From Staphylococcus phage LY01, in sequence record OR836606.1: a stretch of DNA of 64,000 bases; one strand, given 5' to 3'. The position numbers and the translations under genes were made by a program. Shown one piece after another: positions 39,298 to 49,146 of the stretch. The notes under the pieces are model-generated. The model was not told the DNA's origin. It did no database searches and worked only from the letters and a program-made list of their open reading frames with translations. Within the stretch, counting starts at the first letter, position 1. Each line of letters begins with the position of its first letter.

Positions 39298-39888
39298 TTA
39301 TGAAAAATTATCTTTTACAAATAAATTATTTAACTCTTTAAATAATTTATCAATATTACTTTCTTTATGTGAAGTTAATAAAACTTCTTTTAAAGATTCT
39401 TTAAATTGATTTAATGATAACTGTTTCCATTCCCCTTTAATATTTATATAAGCTGAATGATTTCCAGTATTATACCTTTTATATTCTTCATAGAATGAAT
39501 TAGCTGCCTTTTTATAAGTTAATATATTAATCATAGGAAGAGAATCAATTTTATCCATAAAGAAATAATATAAAGGCGTAACTTCATTTTCTGTATATAT
39601 CAAGTGATCAATAGTATTTACTAATTCTTTTATAGTTATAACTTCACTTGTCTCTTTTGTATTTAAAGATATATCTTCTAAGTTTAAATAATCAATTTCC
39701 ACTTCTTCATCTTCCTTTTCAATTGACATTAGCGTTTCTTTACTATAATGATAGTTAAAACCAGAGTTATGGGATGTGTTATTTTTATTAATTTCAAATT
39801 GATCAAATCTTTTCTTTAAATATTCATTACCCTTTAAATATTCATTAGCCTTTAAATATTCATTATAATCAGAATAAATTTTAAACAC
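39298..39888 (-). CDS. hypothetical protein (weak NFK-family C-terminus)
   Basis: Ends ...LFVKDNFS. N-terminal repeats NEYLKANEYLKGNEYLKK. Confidence 0.5.
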   Translation of the reverse strand: MFKIYSDYNEYLKANEYLKGNEYLKKRFDQFEINKNNTSHNSGFNYHYSKETLMSIEKEDEEVEIDYLNLEDISLNTKETSEVITIKELVNTIDHLIYTENEVTPLYYFFMDKIDSLPMINILTYKKAANSFYEEYKRYNTGNHSAYINIKGEWKQLSLNQFKESLKEVLLTSHKESNIDKLFKELNNLFVKDNFS

Positions 39889-39942
39889 AACCTTTAAATG
39901 TAGGAGTAACGATCAAAATAATAATCATTACTCCAATTTAAT

Positions 39943-40389
39943 TTATTTACTTTCTTCAATAATTTCTTTAACTAAATTATTTATTTCTTGAGGTTTTAAA
40001 TCATTGATATCATCTACATTTTCATATTTTTCCATTAAGAATTCTAATTGATCTTCATTTAAATCCATAATACCTAGTAATTCATCTTCTTCAGGTTCAT
40101 CAAATGTCATACTAACATTTAATGGGCTGAAGTAAGCATTAAGTACTTTAGTATTATTATTTTGAGTTCTTTTTTGTATATCTTTTGTATTGATCTTAAA
40201 TGGATTACCTGTATATAATTCAACTAATAAACGTTTACGCATATCTGGATTATTTGAGTACATATTCGTTAATTGATTGATTGCTTTGATAGAGCCACCG
40301 ATCATCATATTAGTTGTTTCCATTTCACCGATGCGGAGCGGATTGTTGTTAATTCTTGACAAATATTTCTTGGACATGTGTATTAGCTT
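39943..40389 (-). CDS. RNAP beta subunit C-terminal gene, last exon
   Basis: KLIHMSKKYLSRINNNPLRIGEMETTNMMIGG matches DK(M/L)[39 protein letters not shown]. Exon starts immediately after the G that ends mini-intron 4. Confidence 0.75.
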   Translation of the reverse strand, partial: KLIHMSKKYLSRINNNPLRIGEMETTNMMIGGSIKAINQLTNMYSNNPDMRKRLLVELYTGNPFKINTKDIQKRTQNNNTKVLNAYFSPLNVSMTFDEPEEDELLGIMDLNEDQLEFLMEKYENVDDINDLKPQEINNLVKEIIEESK

Positions 40390-40578
40390 CATGCATTTTG
40401 CATAAAGATTAGACTATATCATTACCATTTAAGGTAGAATATATTTAGTCGTTGAACAAGCCTTACCGACTTGATGCTGATTTAATTAATAAATTATTCC
40501 AGCAATTAATATTACTTTTTTATATTATTCTTTCGAATAATACCGGACACAAGAAATTTATCCGGAGTTCTAGTAGGT
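40390..40578 (-). ncRNA. mini group I intron 4 of a tandem array in the RNAP beta gene
   Basis: P TTAATTGCTGGAA (40498-40510 rc), Q AATCAGCATC (40473-40483 rc), R GTTCAACGACTAAAT (40444-40458 rc), S GATATAGTCT (40411-40420 rc). A P9-like hairpin TGCAAAATGCA is followed by a G directly before exon codon AAG (K). Confidence 0.65.
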
Positions 40579-40780
40579 CGTTTATCTTATATTAATTTTA
40601 ATACAAGACAGACTATATCATACTCATTATTATGAGTGAATATATTTAGTCGTTGAACAATTTTCATTGATGCTGATTATTCTTAATAGAACTTTCCAGC
40701 AATTAATATTCTTTTACTGAGACATCTACATATCCCACTGTAATTGTTAAAGTCTAATGATTTTGCACTGATTTTCTTTA
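40579..40780 (-). ncRNA. mini group I intron 3 of the tandem array
   Basis: P 40694-40706, Q 40669-40679, R 40645-40659, S 40610-40619 (all rc). After S comes a hairpin and AAACG (G at 40579). Confidence 0.6.
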
Positions 40781-40961
40781 CGTTAATCTATATAATTTAT
40801 TATATAGAACAGACTATATCTTATACTTTTGAAGCATTAATATATTTAGTCGTTGAACAGTATTTAACTGATGCTAATCAATTTTATTAAATCGTCCTAG
40901 CAATTAATATTATAATTATAAATTATATTTCTATAATAAACGGCAAATTTTTACCTGATGG
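40781..40961 (-). ncRNA. mini group I intron 2 of the tandem array
   Basis: P CCTAGCAATTAA 40896-40907, Q 40870-40880, R 40845-40859, S 40811-40820 (rc). Hairpin TCTATATAA...TTATATAGA, then TAACG (G at 40781). Confidence 0.6.
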
Positions 40962-41148
40962 CGTTATTCATATAATACATTTATTATATGACAGACTATA
41001 TCATAATCTATTAATATAATAGATAATCTTTATTTAGTCGTTGAACACTTAATTGTGATGCTGATTATTCTGATAAGAATTTTCCAGCAATTAAAAGATT
41101 TTCGAATGAATCTTTGCAGATACATAGGAGACATCTAATTTGATTCTC
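40962..41148 (-). ncRNA. mini group I intron 1 of the tandem array
   Basis: P 41082-41094, Q 41057-41067, R 41033-41047, S 40994-41003 (rc). 10 bp hairpin TCATATAATA/TATTATATGA, then ATAACG (G at 40962). Upstream exon homology (GDLYHLKLKH matching GYMYMLKLNH) ends at about 41149. Confidence 0.6.
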
Positions 41149-41666
41149 ATGTTTTAATTTAAGGTGATACAAATCTCCAACCATAAATGTTCTATTACTT
41201 ACGTCTAATCTATTTTTCTTAATATTATATTTATTAAATACGTATCTTAATTGTTCTGAATCAATATTACCAAAAAATGGTGCTTGGTGTAGCACAATAC
41301 CTTCTTTAATAATTTCATCAATAGCTTCTTTAGTTTCAGATAAATCTAATTGATTAAATAATTTAACATAATTGTCATATGAAATTTTATCTACATCTTT
41401 AATATATCCTAATAGATATTCTTTCTGTTGATTAATATCATCTAATTTACTTATACGATGTCTTATTACATTTGACACATGATTTAACTCTAATTCAATT
41501 AAAGCTGATGGATTACCACGGTTAATGATACCCATATTATTATGAATTAAATCTACTCGTTTACTAATTGGTGTTTTAGTAGAATCTTTAGTGAAATCTT
41601 CTCCATCGAACTCTGTGATCATTGGCATTTGATCATCAGGTACAATTTCAGCCACAACGCCTTTGC
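41149..41666 (-). CDS. RNAP beta subunit C-terminal gene, middle exon
   Basis: ...GGKGVVAEIVPDDQMPM...VDLIHNNMGIINRGNPSALIELELNHVS...MVGDLYHLKLKH matches bacterial beta HGNKGVISKINPIEDMPY...[24 protein letters not shown]...VGYMYMLKLNH. The track ORF 41065-41655 extends into intron read-through (LLIAGKFLSE is encoded by the P element). Confidence 0.75.
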
Positions 41667-43128
41667 CGCCATCGAGTCTTCAGCAAAGATCGCTAATCTT
41701 TGCCCGTTCTCTTATGAACTGCTCTAGATTTTCTCTAGAAGACGAGACTATATCTTCACCCTAAAATTTAGGAGAACTATGTTTCCATTTAATAGAATTA
41801 CATTAAGCTAATATCACTTAAAAACTAACCGCTTGGCTGTACTCTACTCATATAGTAATTTTCTTCATTATAATATATACCATTTTGTATATACATTATA
41901 TTTTCACCATACTTATCGATAGTCGTTGAACTAATTAAATTATTGTCTAATATTTCATTCATTAATTTTCTTAATGTATCTAAATATATAGTTCCTTTTA
42001 TTCTTATCATATTATAATTTTTATTTTTTATAATTAAATTTTTAGTATCATCTATTAATACACATCTATTATAATGATCCCAACCTTTTTTAACTTTACT
42101 GTTTTTCCCACCCCAAGGTCGAAAATGTTGATTTCCATCAACTTCAATTATTAAATTTAATTCAGGGATATAAAAATCATATTTATAATACTTAGATTTA
42201 GATACATTTAGATTATTGTTTATTTTAAAATCATATTCATATTTTAGATTATTTGTTTTTAATATTTTAATAATTTCTCTTTCTGCTTTAGAAAAACTTC
42301 TTTCTTTATAACAAAAAGGACATCTTATTCCACCATTAACAAAATTTTTCCTCGTTGTTGTACTATATACTTTTCCACATTTTTTATGTTTTAAAGTTAT
42401 AGGAATTGTCTCTTTTACATATTCACCAAACATCTCATATTCACCATTAGAAACTTTTTCAATATCTTTTTTACAAGATTCCGTTGTCACTTCATAACCT
42501 GAGCATCGTTTACATATTGTTTTTACTCCATCTTTTCTTTTTCTTTTTAAAAGAGTTGTAGGAGATATATTTACAATATGTCCACATTTATGTTTAAATT
42601 TCATAGACTTACTGAATCCTTTATAATCTTCTTTATTAAATGTATATTCTCCTGGTAAAAATTTATTTAGTTTGTATTCAAGATTTTCTGGTGTTTGATT
42701 TTTAGTATAGAAACAATTGGGACAATAACCATGTTCATTATCTCTTTTAAATGTATGAGGTTTGGTTTTAAATTCTAAACCACAATCTAAATGTTTAATT
42801 AATGTAGATGTATCTCCGTTAATGTATTCTCCAAGAAGTACATAATTTTTATTATTTAAAATATTTTCAAAAATTCTTTTATTTTCTTCTCTTTTCATTT
42901 TAATCATTCCTTTCAAAAAGAAATGAATATTAGACAATTTTAATTAGCTGCTGATTAACCATTGCAAAAATACTTAGGTTTTTCAACCATATATTATCTC
43001 ATTTATTATCTTCAACTTTTCAGTAACCATAGAGGTTAAATGAGCTTTAGGCAGTCCCAGCAATTAATAGTTTTTTAATAGCATGTTACCATACTATGAG
43101 ACCTAGTTTGATCTCGTTGTGATTTTCG
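41667..43128 (-). ncRNA. group I intron (about 1.46 kb) in the RNAP beta gene carrying a homing-endonuclease ORF in P6
   Basis: P AATTGCTGGGACTG (43047-43062 rc), Q AATCAGCAGC (42943-42952 rc), then an ORF. R GTTCAACGACTATCGAT (41927-41943 rc) lies inside the ORF's 3' end. S AAGATATAGTCTC (41746-41757 rc) is followed by P9/P9.1 hairpins (TCTAGAGAAAATCTAGA; GCAAAGATTAGCGATCTTTGC). Joining ...HG-(x)-KGVVAEIVP restores the conserved beta HGNKGVISK motif. Confidence 0.7.
41825..42937 (-). CDS. intron-encoded homing endonuclease (zinc-finger repeats + DUF559/Vsr-like PD-(D/E)xK domain)
   Basis: Multiple CxxC...CxxC pairs. C-terminal YDFYIPELNLIIEVDGNQHF matches the DUF559 motif (R/Y)xDF...l(v)IE(v)DG..H. 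The track start is TTG. An ATG with AAAGGA RBS at about 42898 is the more likely start. Confidence 0.65.
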   Translation of the reverse strand: MSNIHFFLKGMIKMKREENKRIFENILNNKNYVLLGEYINGDTSTLIKHLDCGLEFKTKPHTFKRDNEHGYCPNCFYTKNQTPENLEYKLNKFLPGEYTFNKEDYKGFSKSMKFKHKCGHIVNISPTTLLKRKRKDGVKTICKRCSGYEVTTESCKKDIEKVSNGEYEMFGEYVKETIPITLKHKKCGKVYSTTTRKNFVNGGIRCPFCYKERSFSKAEREIIKILKTNNLKYEYDFKINNNLNVSKSKYYKYDFYIPELNLIIEVDGNQHFRPWGGKNSKVKKGWDHYNRCVLIDDTKNLIIKNKNYNMIRIKGTIYLDTLRKLMNEILDNNLISSTTIDKYGENIMYIQNGIYYNEENYYMSRVQPSG

Positions 43129-44221
43129 ATCCATGAACTAAAGGTTTCTTTTCTAAAACTTTAACTCTGAAAATAATCTTATCAAATTGATTGTTATCGT
43201 AAACTAATTTAGCGTTATCATCAATATATCCTTTGAATTTATTATGGATTCTAATTAAGTCATTACTAAATTTCTTTTTACGTACAATATCATCTGTAAC
43301 AGTTACAAATGTTTTATAGAAGTGTCTCAATTCTTTAATATATTTAACAAATTGCTCTGAATATTTTTGATTTTCTAATTTTTCAATATCTTCATTATTA
43401 AGAACATCAATATCAATAACTTTACCGTGAACTTTATAAGCATTATCGTCTTCTAATGTTTTAGTAAGCATTTCATTTTTGAATTTATGAATAATCTCAT
43501 CATAATTCAATCTACGAGTTGCACACAATATTCCATTTTGAACTTCTTCTCCTACATCTGGAAATGATTTATATTCTTCTTCATTACCATATAAATTTAA
43601 TGGAATATCGTTTGTATTAATAGTAATATTGATTACATTCACAAAATAACTTGACATTTTCTCTGCCAATGATTCTGATACTACAATTCCGTCTTCATTC
43701 GTCATACCTTTGAACGGTAAGAATACGGAAGTTGCATTAGCTCCATATTGAAAGTTATTATCTTCATCATAGTTCTGGTCTTTAAATAATACAGTTTCTT
43801 TACTAACCGTATCTCCAACTTTCAATTTATCAATTTCTTCATTATTATATTTATTTCCAAACTTCTCTGCTAAATGGTTAGCTTCTTCTCTAATAATTAC
43901 ATCATATTCATCATTATCTTTGTACTTAATTAAATAATATTTAACATACTTATTTTTTTCAAACTTATAAATAACTTCAAAATCTCTATCAGCTTTCTTA
44001 TATCCAGTTGAATATTTACCCACTTGATTTTCAAAACCAGTCTGAATTAAAGGCGGTTCAGCACCAGTTAATTGAATACATTGACCGATATGAGACGTGA
44101 ACATTTGAGATCTGTTACCATTAGTTCTATTAACATTAGGCATTAATAGAGGTTCTGATAAAAACTCATGACTTCGATTAGCTTCAATTTCTACCATTCT
44201 TTGTGTCTTCTCTTTTGTCAT
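43129..44221 (-). CDS. RNAP beta subunit C-terminal gene, exon 1 (regions D-F)
   Basis: GANATSVFLPFKGMTNEDGIVVSESL matches [26 protein letters not shown]. The end ...LEKKPLVHG matches GDKLAGRHG. The last 8 codons of track ORF 43103-44221 are intron read-through. Own promoter-like motif, hairpin and TAGGAGTG RBS upstream. Confidence 0.75.
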
Positions 44222-44375
44222 ATCTTAATACACACTCCTATAATAATGAATATATTTGTGGAATAATATGCTCTTACTATTCCACATTTTTATAATATAT
44301 ATCTTAACCAAAATTTGAATTAAGGGATTCCAATGAAGTATATTATCTTCATTGGAAATATCCCTCTTTTAAAAA

Positions 44376-45677
44376 TTAATCTTTATCTACTTCTATAGCA
44401 TTCTTATCAGAATCATAATAATTGCCATCTGAACCTAGCCAAATATCTTCTTCTTTATTAACTAGTTCAACTAATTCTAATTCTTCATTATCTAAACTAG
44501 ATTCATGTTCAATATTAGCTAAGAATTTTTCTTTATAGATACCTTTAATATAATTATCAAAGTATTCTTTAAAATCTTTATTTTCATTATATTTGTCTAA
44601 GAAAGTTTTAAGAGTGAAACTAACATCTTCATAGCCATCAATACGATAAGCTCTTGGGTTACCTTTAAGCATTTTTTCACTTTGTAAAAATAATAGATTT
44701 GATAAAGCATTATTAAAACCATTCTTTTGTTCAAAGATTAAATCAAATTTAGCACCAGCTGCATTTGAACGTGATTTAATAACTTCAACTGTATTGATAA
44801 AACCTTTAACTCCGTATTTAGCTTGATTAGAATTACCTTCTGGATCTAAAGCTTGTGATGGACTAATCTTAAACATATTATTTGCCATATAGTTGATTGC
44901 TTTACCACCTGGTAATGCTTCACCTTGTTTAAGATAATTTAATTCTTTAGGTGTAGCTGCATAAGGATTAATATCAATTTTAGTTGTAATGTGATTAATT
45001 AGAATAAGCATAATATTAGCTGAATTCAATGTAGATGAACCGATAATACGTTTAATGAATGTTGTATTATCTTTAGCTTGTTTGGTCGCATTCATTTGAC
45101 CACCCTCACCATCTTTATCATCAATCTCTTTAGAAGCCATTGTGGCAACAGAGTCAATAATAACTACTGTTGGAGCCATGAATGAAACTTTCTCTCCAGT
45201 TTCCGGATCAATTTTATCTGTATGGATAGTGAATTCTTCTTCATTTTCCAGTTTAGTATCACGTATACCACGAATTAACTGATCCACTGAATCTAAACTA
45301 ATCTTTTTATTTAATTTAATGTATTTTTCTTGTTTCATTTCCTTAGACCAACCTGTTACTTGATAAATACGTTCATCAGTAGTCGCATCTTCAAAGTCAT
45401 AATGAATAACACTTGAATTTTCATATTTTTCAACAATTCTTGCTGCCGCTTGAATGGCAAGCGTTGTTTTACCTGAACCTGATCCACCAATAAAGGTAGT
45501 TACTTTACCGCCCATTAATCCAATACGTTCATCGTCTGTAACAGTGTTCAAGAAACCATTTCTATAATCTAATAAATTAATCCCTGATTCATACATAGGC
45601 GTATAATTATCTTCTTTCCCATATACTGATGGATTTGATTTAATCAAATCATTAATTTTGCTCGTTAATTTTGACAT
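44376..45677 (-). CDS. recA: RecA/UvsX-like recombinase
   Basis: Walker A GGSGSGKTTLA. RecA core ...VVIIDSVATM... 433 aa. Confidence 0.8.
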   Translation of the reverse strand: MSKLTSKINDLIKSNPSVYGKEDNYTPMYESGINLLDYRNGFLNTVTDDERIGLMGGKVTTFIGGSGSGKTTLAIQAAARIVEKYENSSVIHYDFEDATTDERIYQVTGWSKEMKQEKYIKLNKKISLDSVDQLIRGIRDTKLENEEEFTIHTDKIDPETGEKVSFMAPTVVIIDSVATMASKEIDDKDGEGGQMNATKQAKDNTTFIKRIIGSSTLNSANIMLILINHITTKIDINPYAATPKELNYLKQGEALPGGKAINYMANNMFKISPSQALDPEGNSNQAKYGVKGFINTVEVIKSRSNAAGAKFDLIFEQKNGFNNALSNLLFLQSEKMLKGNPRAYRIDGYEDVSFTLKTFLDKYNENKDFKEYFDNYIKGIYKEKFLANIEHESSLDNEELELVELVNKEEDIWLGSDGNYYDSDKNAIEVDKD

Positions 45678-45873
45678 TTAACATTCACACTCCAAAAAAT
45701 ATTTAATACTATAACGTTATTTATTATACCAAATTTTTTATAAAAAAGCTAGAAATTTTCCTTAGAAATTAAAAGTTTTTTCTAAGTACATAAAGTCAAT
45801 ATTCACTTATAAAATAAAGAAATTAAATTTAAATAAAAAGATGCAGTAAGTGATATCATTAATATAGTCATAA

Positions 45874-46197
45874 TCATCTTCTCCGATCTTTAATCAATTT
45901 AAAATTATTATCTCTACTTTCATGTACAATATTTCCATTCCAATCAACTTTATCAATTTCATATCCATAATCTTTAAATCTCTTATCATTTTTAAATCTT
46001 TTAATTTGATAATTTAAATAACTTTTAGAATCAGCTTTAATGTAAATCAATTTAGCATTTTTGTTTGCCATAGTATATCTAGGTAGATTTTCTGTTGTAT
46101 TGATATTTTTATCTTTATTTTCTTTATTTAATTTACGAATATAAAATGGTAGCACTGTTAGTAGTGCTACCATTAATGTTATAGTTATTAAAAACAT
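45874..46197 (-). CDS. membrane-anchored hypothetical protein
   Basis: 107 aa with an N-terminal TM helix. Confidence 0.45.
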   Translation of the reverse strand: MFLITITLMVALLTVLPFYIRKLNKENKDKNINTTENLPRYTMANKNAKLIYIKADSKSYLNYQIKRFKNDKRFKDYGYEIDKVDWNGNIVHESRDNNFKLIKDRRR

Positions 46198-46276
46198 TTA
46201 AATTTCCTCCATATTAATAATAAATTTTACTCTGTTCTTTATCAATTTTCTTATTTAAAAGTACTTTAAATATTTA

Positions 46277-46666
46277 TTAAATTTTCAAATCATATAATTT
46301 TTCTATTATATTTTTATTATTTCTTAATAATTCTTTTTCTTCATTACTTAATTCAAGATAATTATCCTTAAAAATTTCTTTAATATTATCAATACAAATA
46401 TCAATATTTTTGTTAATTTTTATTTTCTTTAAATTAGTTGAATATAAATAAATACCTCTATCAATATTTACAACTCTTTCATTTTCTTTAAGAAGATCTC
46501 TCATTGCTGAACTAATTATAGTATGCTTAAATTCTAATCCATATTTTTCTTTAATTTTATATTTTATTAAAATTAAAGGAATTTCTTTATTTTTATTGTC
46601 TTTTAATATTTCTAATGCCAAATCTTTAAATTCGTTAGTTGGAAATTTTTTATCTATATTTAACAT
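46277..46666 (-). CDS. hypothetical protein
   Basis: 129 aa ORF. Confidence 0.45.
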   Translation of the reverse strand: MLNIDKKFPTNEFKDLALEILKDNKNKEIPLILIKYKIKEKYGLEFKHTIISSAMRDLLKENERVVNIDRGIYLYSTNLKKIKINKNIDICIDNIKEIFKDNYLELSNEEKELLRNNKNIIEKLYDLKI

Positions 46667-46884
46667 GAATGATCATTCCTTTTATTATTTTATTCTTCTA
46701 AATCAGCTACTCTTTCTTCTAATTATTCATACTCAATATCAGAAACATCTCTTTTTACATGTTCCCAATAATATTACAGTACTTAACAATAATCTTTTCA
46801 TTTTAAACCCCCCTTATAATAAGAGTAATGACATATAATTTGTCATTGCCTCATCTTTATTTAACTTATATATTTTTTAACCTT

Positions 46885-47274
46885 TTATAGATTATAAAAT
46901 GCTAGTAAAACATCTATCGTTGCTAAAAATAAACTTAACATGTAAATTACATTGTAAAATTTATTACTCTTACTAAAATACTGATTATCTCTCATCAATT
47001 TAAATAGAAAGAATACAAATGTTCCTCCAAATATAATTATCGATAATAATGATACTTGAGCCGATATAATATTTTTAGATAATAATATTAATGATGATAG
47101 AAATAGAATAAAATTAATAGCCATTAAGAATTTCATTCTATTTCTTATTTCTTTTTCAATTGGAATCCAAAAACTATTTTTAAATTTACCCATTCTTCCT
47201 AAGTTACTAAAAATAAAAACTAATACTAATAGTAAATCTACCATTAATATAATTAAAACCATTAAACTTTCCAT
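46885..47274 (-). CDS. membrane protein
   Basis: 129 aa with 3 TM helices. Confidence 0.45.
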   Translation of the reverse strand: MESLMVLIILMVDLLLVLVFIFSNLGRMGKFKNSFWIPIEKEIRNRMKFLMAINFILFLSSLILLSKNIISAQVSLLSIIIFGGTFVFFLFKLMRDNQYFSKSNKFYNVIYMLSLFLATIDVLLAFYNL

Positions 47275-47293
47275 ATCTTCTTCACGCTCCTAA

Positions 47294-47971
47294 TTAAAAT
47301 ACTTCAAGATCATAATCTTTTATTAAAAAATTAGATTCAATGCTGTGGATTGAATAAGTTGTTGGTAAAAATTTTTCTTCAACATTACCTCTTAAAAACC
47401 ATATAGCTCGATAGAATATTGAAGAGAAGTATCTTATATTATCGTCATTACCTAGAATTTTATCTTTTTCAATCTTCATTTCTTTCACATCAAAATAAGC
47501 ATTTATTATATCATCTTTAGTGAATTCAGGAATAAACTTACAAATTGTTAAATATAATATAGCTGAAACTTCAACAGTGTATCTTTCTCTATTTTTGCTA
47601 GTTATTTTTTTATTTCTTATTTCATCTAATCTATCCATTAATTCTTGTTCGTAAGTTTTTGTATCCGTAATCTGTATATTTCCATGCTGTCTTCTATTTA
47701 TTGCTTCTTCATCCAATTCTTTATAATGACTATGACTTGCAGGAGCTATTGAACCAAGATTATATATGCCATTATAAACATCACTCAATCTTTCCTTCAT
47801 TGCACTCTTTTCATTAAAATTCAATTCATTATAAAGTTTATCAAATTTCTCTTTGACTTCATTAACATCCTTATTAACAAATCCTACGTGACCATAATGG
47901 TTAACATCCATAGATTGTTGACTGTAAATTTTATCTAGAACATCATCAAGTTTATCTAAATCTTTACTCAA
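47294..47971 (-). CDS. hypothetical protein
   Basis: 225 aa ORF. Confidence 0.5.
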   Translation of the reverse strand: MSKDLDKLDDVLDKIYSQQSMDVNHYGHVGFVNKDVNEVKEKFDKLYNELNFNEKSAMKERLSDVYNGIYNLGSIAPASHSHYKELDEEAINRRQHGNIQITDTKTYEQELMDRLDEIRNKKITSKNRERYTVEVSAILYLTICKFIPEFTKDDIINAYFDVKEMKIEKDKILGNDDNIRYFSSIFYRAIWFLRGNVEEKFLPTTYSIHSIESNFLIKDYDLEVF

Positions 47972-47978
47972 AGAACTT

Positions 47979-49142
47979 TCACTCCTTTCTTCCTATTTCA
48001 GAATAATTTTTATATTCTTCAATATACTCCATTCTTTTTTCTTCCGCTAATTTATTACGAATACTTTTCATAAATTTCTTTTTATCTCTATAATTCATCA
48101 TATAATTAGTTTCTATTAAATTCGACCAATGATTCTTATCTATATTTCTTTCCACTTTATTTCCTTCAAGGTAAATAAAATCATCATTTTCCCTTTTAAC
48201 ATCATTGTTTAAATAATTTAATAATCCTTCAGTATTAAAAGGTACTTTTTCAACTCTTGTGTCTTCAAAATGTAATCCTATACGCTTATCTTCTATAGGT
48301 CCCGAATTGTAAGATTTAAAGTCAAATATTATTTTTTTATTTCTACCATATGAATTTGAATTTAATATTTGTAATTCTCCGTCATCTAATATATAGAAAT
48401 CTAATGGATGATATAAAAACCTTCTTCCGTCAAAATATTGTAAAGCATCCAACTCTTCACCAAGTTCCATATCTTTAATATAAACGTTTTCTTTTTCATC
48501 TATAATAGTTATATAATAATCACCATGTAAATTAATTAATCCAATTAATATTTTAGTTCCCAAAAATGAATATTTATAAAATACATTTAAATCATCTTTT
48601 GTATACTTGAAACCATCTCTCTCTAATCTTTTTAAATCCTCTATGTTAGTTTCAAGTAAATCTTTAAAATCTTCTATGATTCCATTCTCTTTGTTAATTT
48701 TAAATTTATCATCTTTTTTGTACACTAAAGAGAATGACAATAAATCTAAGGTTTTATCATAAGACTTTTCTCTAGTAAATAAATCCACAGCATATTTATC
48801 TTTAATATCATTTCTTTTATCTAAAACAGCTGAATAAACATCTGTAACAATCTCTTTATAGAATTCCATTTCAGGATGACTTAATAAATAATGTAAAGCA
48901 TAGTATCTCTCTTTACCATCAAAAGTATTTTCTAATTTATAAGAATCATTTAATTTTTCCATTATTTTAGTTTCATTGATTTCAATTAATTCTTCTGTAT
49001 CTTTAAGTTTTAATTCATTTTGTGAAACTCTTTTTTTCTTTGTAATTAACTTATTTCCATTATAAATCGCCATTGCAGAACCTCCTACAATGGCGATACC
49101 AGAAAATGAATAAAGTAAAATATCTAACATGTAATAATACAC
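47979..49142 (-). CDS. membrane-anchored hypothetical protein
   Basis: 387 aa with an N-terminal TM helix. Confidence 0.5.
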   Translation of the reverse strand: MYYYMLDILLYSFSGIAIVGGSAMAIYNGNKLITKKKRVSQNELKLKDTEELIEINETKIMEKLNDSYKLENTFDGKERYYALHYLLSHPEMEFYKEIVTDVYSAVLDKRNDIKDKYAVDLFTREKSYDKTLDLLSFSLVYKKDDKFKINKENGIIEDFKDLLETNIEDLKRLERDGFKYTKDDLNVFYKYSFLGTKILIGLINLHGDYYITIIDEKENVYIKDMELGEELDALQYFDGRRFLYHPLDFYILDDGELQILNSNSYGRNKKIIFDFKSYNSGPIEDKRIGLHFEDTRVEKVPFNTEGLLNYLNNDVKRENDDFIYLEGNKVERNIDKNHWSNLIETNYMMNYRDKKKFMKSIRNKLAEEKRMEYIEEYKNYSEIGRKE

Positions 49143-49146
49143 CTTC

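Noticed and set aside
40393-41150. Four evenly spaced about 200 bp tandem repeats with conserved blocks, superficially array-like (CRISPR or satellite)
   Set aside because: Repeat units are about 190-235 bp with conserved P/Q/R/S ribozyme elements, not 25-40 bp direct repeats with unique spacers. Interpreted as tandem group I introns.
41065-41160. C-terminal about 32 codons of track ORF 41065-41655 (…ENQIRCLLCICKDSFENLLIAGKFLSE)
   Set aside because: These codons are read-through into mini-intron 1 (LIAG is encoded by the P element TTAATTGCTGGA). Homology to RNAP beta ends at about 41149.
43103-43128. Last 8 codons (…ITTRSN*) of track ORF 43103-44221
   Set aside because: Intron read-through. 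The beta HGNKG motif is completed only after splicing to 41666.
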